A stretch of DNA of 64,000 bases from Dipteris shenzhenensis (taxonomy: Eukaryota). The notes beneath the pieces were generated by a model. That model saw only the letters and a list, made by a program, of their open reading frames with translations. It made no database searches and had not been told where the DNA came from. Location: assembly GCA_047967505.1 (NCBI GenBank), contig CM106538.1; one strand, written 5' to 3'. The position numbers were made by a program, and so were the translations under genes. Every line of letters begins with the position of its first letter. Position 1 is the stretch's first letter. This document shows positions 51,301 through 64,000 of the stretch, in pieces.

Positions 51301-52995
51301 GAATTGATACAAGGTATGACTCCTTATGAAGCATTCACTGGATACAAGCCACACATTGGGCATCTCTGCATATTTGGTTGCATAGCATATGCCCACATAC
51401 ATGATGATCATCACAGGAAATTGGATGCGAAGTTATGCAAATGCATCATGGTTGGCTACATGGAAGAAAGCAAAGCATACAAATTATATGGTCCCATCAA
51501 CTGCAAGGTCATTATCTCTAGAGATGTAACCTTTGATGAGGAATTAGAATGGAAAACCTCACCTACACAGGAGATAGAAGCATCGACTTCACAATCATCT
51601 ACAGAACAAGTTGATGAAGAAGAGCAAGAATTGCTAGCAACACCCCAAGCAGAGCCACAGCAACTCAGATGGTCTACTAGGGAAAGCAGACCTCCAGCCA
51701 GATTGACATATGCTTAGAAAGGCAAAGCAAATCAGGTGGAAACCATCAACTATGCTCTTATGACTACCATCATGGCTACAGAAGAGCTAGTGTACTTCGA
51801 AGATGCAGTAGACAAGCCAGAATGGCAAACTGCTATGAATGAAGAAATGGATGATCTGTATAAGAATAATACTTGGGAATTATGCGACCTTCCACCAAGA
51901 AAGAAGGCCATAGCAAACAAATGGGTATACAAAGTGAAGTACAATCTAGATGGCAGTATTCAAGGATACAAAGCCAAACTAGTTGCAAAAGGATTTGCAC
52001 AGCAATATGGTCAAGACTATGATGAGACTTATGCTCCAGTAGCAAAGATGGATTCCATACAGTCCTTGATATCACTAGCGACATGCAGCAAATGGAATGT
52101 GTACCAGCTAGATGTCAAGAATGAATTTCTCAATGGTTACCTAGACGAGGAAGTCTACATGCAACAACCAGCAAGTTATGTTGAACTAGGAAAGGAGAAT
52201 AAGGTTTGCCATCCCAAGAAAAGTCTCTACAGCTTAAAGCAAGCACCCAGAAGTTGGTATAGTAGAATTGACAAGTATTTTGCTGATCTAGGATACTTGA
52301 AATTCAATACAGATCATACTCTCTATTACAAATTCAAGGGGAAGACATTACTATTGCATTTTTATACGTAGATGATTTGATTGTGATAGGAAGCAAGGAT
52401 AGCTTCATCGAAAAGCTAAAACAAGACTTATCTGCAAAGTTCGACATGAAAGATCTTGGACTTATGCACTATTGTCTTGGAATCGAGTTCTTGAGAGATT
52501 TATATAGCACATTCATGAGTCAGCTCAAGTATGTTGACAGCCTCATTGAAGAAGTTTCATATGGCAGATTGCAAGATTGCAGCCACTGGGATGGAATAGA
52601 GTTTGAAACTTACTAAAGATTCAGAAAAGCCTACTGTCAATGATAGATACTATAGGCAGCTGGATCTCTTATATATCTAACAATCACACAGCCAGATATT
52701 TGTTATGCAGTAAGCTCACTAGCATAGTTTATGGCAAATCCAAAATAGTCTCACTGGAATGCAGCCAAAAGAGTCTTGAGATACATCAGAGGTACAAGAC
52801 AGTTTGGGATAGAATACAGAGGAAGTCATCCATGGTTGCATGGATACTATGACAATGACTATGCTGGAGATCATGAGACTAGGAGATCGACACAAATAGA
52901 TGCATTTTTCCTTGGTCAAGGTGCTATATCATGGTTGTCAAACAAATAGCCAACTGTTTCTTTGTCTTCGACTGAAGCAAAAGATAGAGCACTCT

Positions 52996-55921
52996 GAAGT
53001 GTTTGGGGATTTCAAAGCTTTTAAAGCTATGGTTGAAAAAGAAATGCCTAAGGTCAGATGAAGGGGGAGAGTACCTCTCAAATGAGTTTGCAAGTTTCCT
53101 GCAGGAGCATGGCATAAAGCAGCAATATTCATGCAGTCATACCCCACAGCAAAATGGACTTGCAGAAAGGAGAAACAGGCATATTGGAGAGGTATCTCAT
53201 GCCATGCTCAATGAAAAAGACCTGCCGGATTATTATTGGGTTGAAGCACTTACTACAGTAGTCTACATAATGATTAGGACTCCCACTATAGCAATACATG
53301 GTATGACACAAGAGGAGAGGTATACTGGTAGAAAACTAGATATTTCTCATTTGAAAGTTTTTGGTTGCATTGCCTATGTTCATGTGCCAGATGAGTTGAG
53401 ATCCAAGTTAGATCCAAAAGTTGAGAAGTGCATCTTTATTGGTTATTCTATGTAGCAAAAGGGTATAGATGCTATAACCCTTCTACTCGTAAGTTTATAG
53501 TGAGCAAAGATGTTGTTTTTGATGAGATGAGCAGCTGGTATAAACCAGTAAATGTGATTGATTATGTAGATGCACAAAATGGTAATGTTGCTTAGAATTC
53601 ATAGCAGCAATCACAAAATATTAGTGGACCTGTAGTGTCCTCTAGCAGTGGTTCACATACTTTGCCATGGACAGGCATATTGAGATTAGGAGGATCTCCT
53701 CAAAGCAATGCAGATAGTGGTATGCAAGTATCACAAAAAGGAAAAGAGAAAGTAGATCAGCCCATGGTTGATGTGCATGCAAGTCACTCTTATGTGGATG
53801 TTGAATTTAGTGACTCAGATTAGAGCCTTGATGATGAGTTGGGTATTCCTTCTATTGCTACACCTCGAGTAAGGAGGAAGACAAGGGATGTTTTGAGAGC
53901 ACTTGGTAGTGAGCCTATTTTGTGTAGGTCTACCAAAGCTAGGTATCCTATGGGTAGGCTGAAATATGATGGATTTACAGGCATTCACTATGCCTATATG
54001 GTCAAAGTGATACATGAACCAGAACCCACTTCTTTTGAGCAAGCGATGGGAAAAGAAAAATGGGAGAAAGCCATGGATGAAGAAATGGAGAAAGCCATGG
54101 ATGAAGAAATGGATGCCTTAGAAGAAAATGCTACATGGGAATTGGTGCCTTTGCCTAAAGACAAGAATGCAATTGGCTGCAAGTGGGTTTATAAGGTGAA
54201 GCACAATGCAGATGGTTCTGTGAACAGATACAAGGCAAGATTAGTTGCCAAGTGGTATGCACAGACGTATGGCATCGATTATGAAGAAACATTCAATCTG
54301 GTTGCAAGGATGGCAACCGTAAGAGTAGTCATTGCTATGGCTGCATCAAAGGGATTGTCTTTACATCAGATGGATGTAAAGAATGCTTTCTTGCATGGTG
54401 ATTTGCAAGAAGAGGTCTATATGGAGCAGCCACTAGGTTATGTTCATGCTGTTCATCCTGAGTTTGTTTGCAGGTTGAAGAAAGCCTTGTATGGTTTGAA
54501 GCAAGCACCCAAAGCATGGTCTGACAAGATAGGACAGTATCTTGTCACTATTGGCTTTCAGATTTCCAAGGCAGATTTCTCACTTTATGTGAGAAAAATA
54601 GAGAAAGGCATTATGCTACTTGTCATTTATGTTGATGATTTGATCATCACAGGTGAGTGATGAAGATATCCTTCATGTGAAAATGCTATTGAAGCAGAAG
54701 TTTGAGATGAAGGATTTGGGAGAGTTGTGTTACTTCTTGGGCATTGAAGTGATTAGATCCACAAGTGGGATATGGCTCTTGCAATATGGATTGGACATGC
54801 TATTCAAATATGGGATGACAGGTTGTAAGCCTATTTCAGTTCCTTTGGAGCAGAATGTGAAGTTGAGTGCAGATGCAGGTGAGCTTCTAGAAGACCCTAC
54901 TATGTACAGATGCATAGTAGGAAGTTTGATTTATATGACTATTACTAGGCCAGATTTGAGCTATGCTATTGGGCTAGTGAGTCAGTTTATGCAAGCTCCA
55001 AGGAAACCGCATTTGGATGTGGCTAGACACATACTAAGGTATGTGAAGTCCACATTGCACTATGGACTATTTTATAAGATTGGGGTTCAGATACTATTGC
55101 ATGGATACACTGATGCTGATTGGGCTAGTAGTATTTCTGATAGATGATCTACAAGTGGATATGTGTTCTCTTTTGGGAGTGTTGCAATCACTTGGACCAG
55201 TAAGAAATAGTCTACAGTTGCCTTGTCAAGTGCAGAGGCTAAGTACAGAGGTGCAGCAATGGCTGCATGTGAGGTAGCTTGGTTGCATAAGCTACTTTAT
55301 GATATGCATCAGTCTACAAATGGGCCAGTTGTCATTTATTGTGACAACATGAGTAGTATACACTTGGCAAATAACCCAGTCTATCATGCTAGAACAAAGC
55401 ACATTGAGGTGCATTATCACTATGTGCAGGAGAAGGTTCTAGTAGGTTTTATTGATCTAGTTTATGTCAGCACAAAGGATCAGGTAGCTGACATATTCAC
55501 AAAGGCATTGGGTGTAGAGAAGCTGCACAAGTTCAGAGACCTGCTTGGTGTGCAGGAATTGGGATTGAGCTCGAGGGGGAGTGTTGAGATATCGAGCTCC
55601 ACTTGTGATATGCCAGGGTGACCGTTGTGCATTTATGTCACCGACTTGTTAGCTGCAGATGCAGTTGGTACACCACCCATGAATAATAGCTGGATGACAG
55701 CTATCTTTATGTACTCTAGTTAGTGGCTCAGTTAGTATGCCACCTTAGTTAGCTGAGTTTGTTTTGAGACCCACATATAGGGTTCACCTATTCTTTTGTA
55801 CTTAGAGTTCTTTTGGCTTTCACAACTAAGAAGAGGAAAACTGTTTTCAGCCTCCACCTTTGTGTATATTCCCCCATTGTGTATGTGAGAAAGCTGCAAG
55901 TGAGACTCATTCCTTCTCTCC
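52996..55921 (+). mobile_element. Doubly truncated copia family-2 fragment (mid-integrase to partial LTR) inserted in the family-3 RNase H
   Basis: Begins at [10 protein letters not shown] (integrase); contains RT and RH, PPT GAGGGGGAG (55573-55581) and LTR start TGTTGAG at 55582. Flanked by CACTCT at 52990-52995 and 55922-55927. Confidence 0.85.
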
Positions 55922-56286
55922 CACTCTCTTCACATATGGCTCAAAAGACTATTGTTAGAAATAGATTACTTTGATGAGTCAAAGCCAATGACAATATACT
56001 GTCATAATTAATCGGCTCAAGTATTGGCCAAGAATCCAGTATATCACTCCAGGACAAAACACATTAATGTCAAAGAGCACTTCATCAGAGAAAAAGTGTT
56101 ACTTCGTGACATCACACTGTAGCATTGTGATAGCAAAGAAAATTTTGCAGACATCTTTACCAAACCACTCAATAAGGAGCTATTTGAGAAACATCAACTA
56201 GCTCTTGGTTTGATGCAGAGAAAGGGCATTCCCATTAAAGGGGTGTGATGGAATGTAATGCTCAATCCTTTGATATTGAGGGAAGG

Positions 56287-56864
56287 TGTTGAGAGTTCAC
56301 GCTCAACATCATGTGATCATGTGTGCATAGCACTATCACGTGATCATATGTGCATAGCACTAACCTTATAGAGTGCTATAAAGGAAAGGGTTAGATCCCC
56401 TAACCCTAACCCTAAATTCTATTTTTTCAACTAAATCTAGTGTACAATTAGTCATTTGTGGTGTGCTCTCTAGCTGTGCCCTCTCTCCTCATCTCCACTC
56501 TTCTCCTCTCCCCTATTCATATTTTGTCATAGTGGTGTAGCAATCCGACTGTGCCACCTTTAGAAGGCGGTTTTGTAGTAGTGTAGAAGAGCATTTGTAG
56601 AAGAGCATTGTAATAGCAAGAAGGGAAGAGAGAGTGACATTGTGAGCTCACGCTCTCCCTCTCACCTAGATTGCTAGGTTAGAAAGCTTGTCACTGAGTA
56701 TGCATTGCAAGCCAAGGCGGCTTGGTTGGATCAGTTTCTTTCAATATATACTAGTGTGATTTCTTTCCTATTTGCCTATGAAGTGTTGTCTACTCGATAT
56801 GGTGTTAAATTCATAATTGCTAAAAATTTGATTCTCCTATCACCACATGGTTTCTCTTTCAACA
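56287..56864 (+). repeat. Putative 3' LTR of copia family 3
   Basis: Follows the PPT; TGTTGA...TCAACA inverted termini; TATAAA and a CT-rich tract inside. No partner copy to confirm the right end. Confidence 0.7.
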
Positions 56865-57764
56865 ACAAACTTGACCTCTATGTTTTATTGTTGACCACTA
56901 AATATTTCATCACCTCGAGCACATGCTAACTGCACTTAACGGATTACAAAAGCGAGCATCTTGACCTAAGCACTGCAAAAGGTTGGGCTGTTTATGAGCA
57001 TCGAGTGTCTTAAAGTAAACCTGTCGGGAGTGAGAAAACTAGAGCGTTAATAGATTTCTCAGTCAGGAGTGAGAAAACTAGAGCGTTAATAGATTTCTTA
57101 GTAGCTCTTCAATTGACACTCCTTAGTCCAAACAATACAAACCTCAGGCTTGCTCTGAACATCTTGATTTACAAATGGATCGACTACAGAAAGGGGGACA
57201 TGTTTAACTAAATGCTTAATGGAATCATAATGGTTAATGAGAGGGTCACATTAGTTAATAGAGACACCATAGGGTTCTCTTAGACCAAACATGCAATTTT
57301 GAGATGGCTAGAGTTTGGGGACACATTATACATTGTTTTTACGCCAAGTATCATACAAGGGGGCGGGAAATTTGGAAACAGTTGGCCAAGCTTTTGAAAC
57401 AATTGCCCAAGTATTCAAAACAGTTGCCTAAGTCAGGATAACACAAGTGCCATTTGTAGCACTTGTTCAAGACTAGTAGCCTAAGAGCTTGGGCCTACTA
57501 CAAGAAGGTATAACATGGACTACTACCATAATTAACTTGACAAGTCATAATTGGATAACACAAGTTCCATTTACAAAGCGTGGGAAAGAAACAAAGAAAG
57601 TAGAGCCACAAGAAGCTGACATAAAGAAAGGAGTAGCAACATGTCCTGGATGGGCCCAAGGAATTTGTTAAATGAGAGAATAGAGGGAGTGGTAGGATGA
57701 ATAGGGTTGGCCCTCCCTTCAAATGGCACTATGTACAAAAAGCCAACATCCTAGTACCTCTTGG

Positions 57765-58640
57765 GAGGAGAGAGGGGAGGGAGAGAGAGAGAGGGAGAGA
57801 GAGAGAGAGAGAGGGGGGGGGAGGGGACAGGGAAGAGAGAGGAGATAGGAGAGGGAAGGGAAAANNNNNNNNNNNNNNNNNNNNNNNNNNNNNNNNNNNN
57901 NNNNNNNNNNNNNNNNNNNNNNNNNNNNNNNNNNNNNNNNNNNNNNNNNNNNNNNNNNNNNNNNTCCTACCCCCCCTTCCCCCCCCTCCCCTTCCCCCCT
58001 TCCCCCCTGTTCCCCACTCCACTCCCCCCCCTTTTCCCCCCCCTCCCCTCCCTTTTCCCCTCCCCTCTTTCCCCTTTTCCCTTTCCTTTTCCCCCTACCC
58101 CTCTCCCCTCTCCCCCCTTTCCCCTTCCCCTTCCCCCCTTTCCCCTCTTTCCCTCCCCCTCTCCCCCCTTTGCCCTCCCCCCTCTCCCCTTCCCTTTCCG
58201 CTGCCTCCCTTTCTTTCCCCTCCCCCCCCCTCCCCCCCCCCCCTCTCTCTCTCTCTCTCTTTTTCTTTCTCAATGTATAGTTTCATCCCACCCTTCTGTC
58301 CCCCCCTCGCCCTTGTACCCCCTCCGCTCCCCCCTTTCCTCCCCCCCCTCTCTCCCCCCCCTCTCCCCCCTCCCCCACCTTTTCCCTTCCCCCCCCCCCC
58401 CCCCCCCCTTCCCCCTCCCCTTTCCTCCCCTCCCCCCACCCCCTTCCCCCCCTCCCCTCCCCTTCCCCTCCCCTCCTCCCCTTCCTCCCTCCCCCTTTCC
58501 TTCCCCTCCTCCACTCCCTTACCTTCCCCTATTCTCTCCCTTCCCTTCCCTCTGTCCCCTCTCCTTACTTTCCCTACCAATGTGGCCATACTTCCTTCTG
58601 TTCCCCTCTCTTCCATTCCATTAATTCCCTTTTTTTCCTA
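57765..58640. repeat. Purine-rich then pyrimidine-rich low-complexity DNA flanking a gap
   Basis: GA-rich left of the gap and C/T-only right of it; likely low-quality sequence. Confidence 0.85.
57865..57964. other. Assembly gap (100 N)
   Basis: Run of N. Confidence 1.
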
Positions 58641-58877
58641 GCCTCCCAAGGTAAATTTTTAAGGGAAAATTATTTTCCAAAGGCAAATTCAGGAGCTTCT
58701 CCAAATTGGTTTGCCTGATATTTAAATCTTAAATTTTGATAAATTCGCCCAAAAATTAACATAACTTCCTCGTATGAGGTTCATATTTACCCTCCAAGTA
58801 CTCAAATCGATTAGCATAAGCTATCTAGAGTCATCTATATGGTTAGAATTTTCAAAATTTCAACTTATAGAAAATGC

Positions 58878-61800
58878 GTGCAAAGTATCATGCCCATTTG
58901 GTATGTGTGTGTTAAATAACACACCTCAAATACTATTTTTTGGTTGTGCATAACACTTGATGAAAAATAGGGTTTGTGGCGACTTTGACCCTCCAAAGCA
59001 TATTCGATGGGCATTATACTTTGCACATGCCTCAACATAGGTTGATTGACATGCATACAAAGTATCATGCCCATAAAGTATGAGCGCATTTGAATTACAC
59101 ATCTCAGATACTATTCTTTGTTGGCAGTTGTGCATAACACTTGGTGAAAAATGGGGTTTGTGGCATGTTTGACCATCCAAATCATATCTGATGGACATGA
59201 TATTTTTTAATGCACCTCAAATTAGGTTAGATTACACATTTTCAAAGCATCATGCCCATTGGGCATGAGAACATACGAATAATACACCTCAGATACTATT
59301 TTTTAGCAGTTGTGCATAACACTTGGTGAAAAATGGAGTTTGTGGCATGTGTGACCATCCAAAGAATATCCAATGGGCACAATATTTTTCATGCTCATAA
59401 ACATAGGTTTTATTGATGTGTGTGAAAAGTACGGTTCCATCAAGTATGAGTGCATTCGAATGACACACCTCAGATACTATTTTTTGGTAGTTGTGCATAA
59501 CAAGTGGTGAAAAAGGGTTTGTGGCAACTTTGACCATCCAAAACATATCTTTTTTGCATATAGATAAACATAGGTTGTATTGAATCATGTGAAAAGTATC
59601 ATGCCCATCAGGTGTGTGTACATTTAAATAACACACCTCAGAGCATGTTTTTTGGTGGCTATACATGACACTTGATGAAAAATGGGGTTTGTGGCAAGTT
59701 TGACCATCTAAAGCATATCCAATGGGAACAATACTTTGCATAGGCCTCAAAATAGGTTGGATTGATAGGATTTCAAGGTATCAAGCTGATACGATATGTG
59801 CGCATTTGAATAACACACCACAAATACTACTTTTTAGTAGTTGTGCATTAACAGTTGATGAAAAACGGGTTTGTGCCGACTTTGACCATCCAAAGCATAT
59901 CTGATGGACACAATAATTTTCATGAACCTCCACATAGGTTTTATTGATGTTTGTGTGAAGTATAGTTCCCATCTAGTATGAAAGAATTTGAATAACACAC
60001 CTCAGATACTATTCCTTGGCATTTGTGCATAACACGTGGTGAAACATGGGGTTTGTGTCGCGTTTGACCATCCAAAGAATATCCTATGGGCACGATATTT
60101 TTCATGCATCTCAAAATAGGTTAGATTAACATGTGTGCAAAGCATCGTACCAATTGGGTATGAGATAATTTGAATAATGCACCGCAGATATTATTTTAGG
60201 ACAGTGTTTGTGGCACGTTTGACCATCCAAAGCATATCCGATGGGCATGATATTTTTCATGCACCTCAACATAGTTTGTATTGATATGTGTGAAAAGTAT
60301 CATGCCCATATGGTATGATCGCATTTGAATGACACACCTCAGATACTATTTTTTGGTGGTTGTGCATAACACTTGGTGAAAAACGGGGTTTGTGGTGACT
60401 TTGACCATCCAAAGCATACTTGATGGGCACGATACTCTACACAAAGATTGACATAGTTTTTATTGATGCAATTGCAAAGTATGGCTCCCATTAGATATGT
60501 GTGTGTTTGAATAACACACCTCAGACCACGTTTTTTGGCAGTTGTGCATAACATAGTGAAAAAAAGGGGTTTGTGGCAAGTTTGACCATCCAAAGTATAT
60601 TCGATGGGCATGATACATTATTGATACATTGAACAGGCCTAAAAATTGATCATATTGACATGAGTTAAGAGTATCATGTCCATTGGGTATGTGCATGTTC
60701 GAATAACACACCTCAAATACTATTTTTTGGCGGTTGTGCGTAACGCTTGATGGAAAACGAGATTTGTGGCAACTTTGATCATCCATAGCATATATGATGG
60801 GCAAGAGACTTCTCACATGGCTCAAGACAGGTTGTGTTAACTAACATGCAAAGTATCATGCCCATCGGGTATGTGCGCATTTGAATAACATGCCTCAGAG
60901 CGTGTTTTTTGTTGGTTGTGCATGACACTTGTTGAAAAATGGGGCTTGTGGCGAGTTTGACCATCCAAAGCATATTATATGGGCATGATACTTTTCATAG
61001 GCCTCAAAATAGGTTGTATTGACACAAATTCAAAGTATCATACCCATCTTTTATGTGCGTATTCGAATGACACAACTCAAATTCTATTTTTTGGCAGTAG
61101 TGCATAAAACACTTAATGTGATTAATGCGGATTGTGGCAACTTTCACCATCCAAAGCATATCTGATGGTCATGATATTGTGTACACACCTTTAAATAGGT
61201 TGTATTAATGCATGTGCAAAGTGTCGTGCTCATTCGGTATGAGCACATTTGAATAACACACCTCATATACTATTCTTTAGCAGTTGTGCATAACACTTGG
61301 TGAAAAACGGGGTTTGTGGCGTGTTTAAACATCCAAAGCATATTCAATGGGCATGATGTTTTTCATTCACCTCAAAATAGGTTAGATTCACATGTATGAA
61401 AAGCATCATGCCCTTTGGGTATGACCACATTCGAATTATACACCTCAGATGCTATTTTTTGACAGTTGTGCATAACACTTTTTTTTGGCGGTTGTGCATA
61501 ACACTTGGTGAAAAATGGATTTTGTGACGCATTTGACCAAATAATATGCGATGGGCATGATATTTTTCACATGCCTCAACATAGGTTTTATTAACATATG
61601 TGTAAAGTATCGTGACCATTGGGTATTAGCGCATATGAATGACACACCTTAGATACTATTTTTTTGCGGTTGTGTATAACAATTGGTGAAAAATGGGGTT
61701 TGTGGTGACTTTGACCATCTAGAGCATATGATTGGCATAATACTTTGCACACAGCTCAACATAGGTTGGATTTATACATGTGCAAAGTATCGTACCTAGC

Positions 61801-62165
61801 GGGCAAGTGTACATTTGAATAACACACCTCAGAGCATGTTTTTTGGCAGTTGTGCATAACACTTGGTGGAAAATGGGGTTTGTGGCAAGTTGGACCATCC
61901 AAAGCATATCCAATGGGAATGATACTTTGTATAGTCCTCAACATAGATTTTATTGACATGAGTGGAGTATCATGCCCAACGGGTATGTGCATGTTTGAAT
62001 AACACACCTCGAATACTATTTTTTGGTGGTTGTGCAAACACTTGATGGAAAACGAGGTTTGTGGCGACTTTGACCATCCAAAGAATATACAATGGGTATG
62101 ATAATTTCTATGTGCATAAACATAGGTTGGATTCATGTGTGTGCAAAGTATCACGCCCATTGATT
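58878..62165. repeat. Diverged ~180-bp tandem satellite (~18 monomers)
   Basis: AATAACACACCTCAGATACTATTTTT..GTTGTGCATAACACTTGGTGAAAA..GGGTTTGTGGC..TTTGACCATCCAAAGCATAT recurs about every 180 bp from ~58915 to ~62000. Confidence 0.95.
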
Positions 62166-62679
62166 ATATGCCTATGGGCGAGTGTAGCTCAAACACATTT
62201 ATGAACTCTTTATCTTTAACAATGATATAGGACATATGGAAAACCTTAATGGGAGTTAGTTGTGCAACCGCTGATGAGGCGCATATGTAAGTTAGTAAGC
62301 AACTACCATATGTAGAAAGTTAGTCATTCGGCTCATATACATGTCATGCAGTATTTCGAGTGCGGATACGATGCTTCTGATCGGACTTTGTTTTGTCCAG
62401 TTCTATGCCTATTCTATATATTCTGTTGTGATAGAAGCATTTACAATACAAGGAATATGCAGTTGTTTGCCTTAATCAACTATCTATGTTGCACTAAATC
62501 CTAAGTTGATGTGTTCTCTTTCAGAAGTTCTGAATGCATTCTTGAAGATGTTGTATTTCTACTAATAGGTAGATTTTGGGATTTAATCTCTACCTATTAC
62601 ACTGGTGATCCTACAAATAAATTGGGCATTTCAACCGAATGTGGCAAAGGAGTTGAAAGACAAAGAAGGCAGTCAAAAT

Positions 62680-64000
62680 GTTGAAGCCACAGGCATTCTA
62701 CCTACAATGGGATGGACAATCAAATCCAATGAATCGAATCCTGAAAGAGTTAATGATCAAAGCGGTTAAGTCAACACAATCCGCGCCTACAAGCAATCCG
62801 ACCCTGCAAAGCAATTAGCCACTTTTGATTGTGAACATGAGAAGAGTGAGCATATGGCTCCTTTGTGCAAATTTTGTGGAAACGGAGCGCATGTGGTACA
62901 ATACGCACACACAGTGTCCAATCTGTAGAATCCCGTAGGATAGAATAGATGCATCTTGGAAGAGGACTGAGAGCGCAATGAAATCAAAATGTAATTCTCT
63001 ATTATGGATTGTGAGAGAGGTGACTCTCTCTTATAGAAAGGGGGAGAAGGTAACACCTTCCCTACATAAGTGGCAATCAGCCCCTACATTAGTGGGACTA
63101 GCCTAAATCAAAGGAGCCTTCCATGTGGGGGCCTTTGGCTTACATCATCACTTAGGTCACATACTAGACACATCATAGCACTTGATGTGCCTTTACAACA
63201 CACACAAACACACATGTGACTCCCCTAAATGCACACATGCACCATAGAGCAAGCCCTTGATCACACTTATCCCAACATACCCTCCCTCAAGGGTTTGCCT
63301 CTTGCAGTGTCAAGGATACATCTAGTCTCATAGTTTCTCATGCCATCTTATGGAGGTCAAGGATAAATCTATGGCTAGGATCTCATGCTAGCAAGGGTTC
63401 CCAAGGGTGTGAGGTTCACAGAAATGGGATAGTCAAAACACATATCACATGGTCTACATCATATGGTGACCAGAAGTGATTTACAAAAGACATAACATAT
63501 GATATTCTTTTTGGAGTACTACTCCAGGCAGAGAACCTCAAAATTTGACCAAGTGATGATAAACAAAAATTCAAAAGACAAAGTGCTTAAAAAGCATAGT
63601 CTTTATTTTCAAAGTTTGATTCGTCATTTGCTGATGGAGTTCTTCCTTCAGCTAGATTTGCTTTGTTGTTAAAGTAGTCCTTCTTCACAAGAAATGCTTG
63701 ATTCTCTTTGTTGTTCTTCATGCAATAATTCCAATTGTAGGTAAAGGAGCAAGATATATTTGAAGCATTTTCCTTGTGCACCAAATACTGAGAGAAGATG
63801 ATCCCAAGCTTCATGTGAAGTTTCAAAGCCATCAATGTGGTGAATGTATGAGTCTCTTAATCCCAAAGCAATGATAGCAAGAGCCTTCTTGTCTTTGATC
63901 AACCAATTAGCTTCTTCTTTTGTAGACTTCTTTTTCTTTCCATTCACAACATACCATATCTCCATAAACTTAGCTTTTGTTTGCCAAGTATGGAAACTAG
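62680..64000 (-). mobile_element. Internally deleted copia-type element: gag fragment, PPT and 3' LTR; continues beyond the window
   Basis: gag-like FHTWQTK...IWYVVNG...WLIKDKKALAIIALGLRDSYIHHI...SHEAWDHL (63669-64000); PPT GAGGGAGGG (~63280-63288) then TGTTGGG LTR start at 63277 on the minus strand. The far LTR end is uncertain. Confidence 0.65.

Larger units (their letters stand above)
49055..56864 (+). mobile_element. Degenerate Ty1/copia (family 3) with 3' LTR; matching 5' LTR not found
   Basis: gag from ATG 49055 (KLDNSNYDTWK); CNYYHKFGHYERDC knuckle; [22 protein letters not shown] 51736-52600; RNase H split by an insertion and resuming ~55930 (IWLKRLL...KNPVYHSRTKHI); PPT GAGGGAAGG at 56278-56286. 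Confidence 0.87.

Noticed and set aside
57727-57745. CACTA pentamer as a CACTA transposon end
   Set aside because: No matching TAGTG terminus or 3-bp TSD was identified.
57697-58641. Pro-rich and Gly/Arg/Glu-rich ORFs (extensin- or formin-like)
   Set aside because: Low-complexity C/T sequence spanning an N gap; probably poor-quality sequence.
58865-62160. Recurrent ORFs containing TCHKPHF / EVCYSN
   Set aside because: Translations of the ~180-bp satellite with frequent stops and frame changes.

Overview
Repeat-rich plant nuclear DNA, most likely a fern. This is inferred from the PLS-class PPR gene with a 'WW'-type PG-box, not established directly. The only clear host gene is an intronless PLS-E PPR RNA-editing factor (2768-5548, minus). 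Its E+/DYW deaminase tail has been frameshifted off and survives as a decayed remnant. The rest is a nest of transposons. (1) A degenerate Helitron-family helicase plus endonuclease relic (about 6.1-8.2 kb). (2) A full-length Ty3/gypsy element (8817-23786, TSD CATTC, tRNA-Asp PBS) with a complete Ty1/copia (11881-17330) inserted in its RNase H. (3) A second copia whose gag is split by a 14.5-kb non-coding element with ~56-bp TIRs and a 9-bp TSD (33701-48216, Mutator-like). This element carries a ~7.5-kb tandem array of long nested palindromes separated by microsatellites. (4) A third copia carrying a doubly truncated fragment of the second family. The window ends with a 100-N gap, a ~180-bp satellite whose monomers contain an inverted repeat, and an internally deleted copia. 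Coordinates, motifs and copy numbers were read by eye; no database searches were run.
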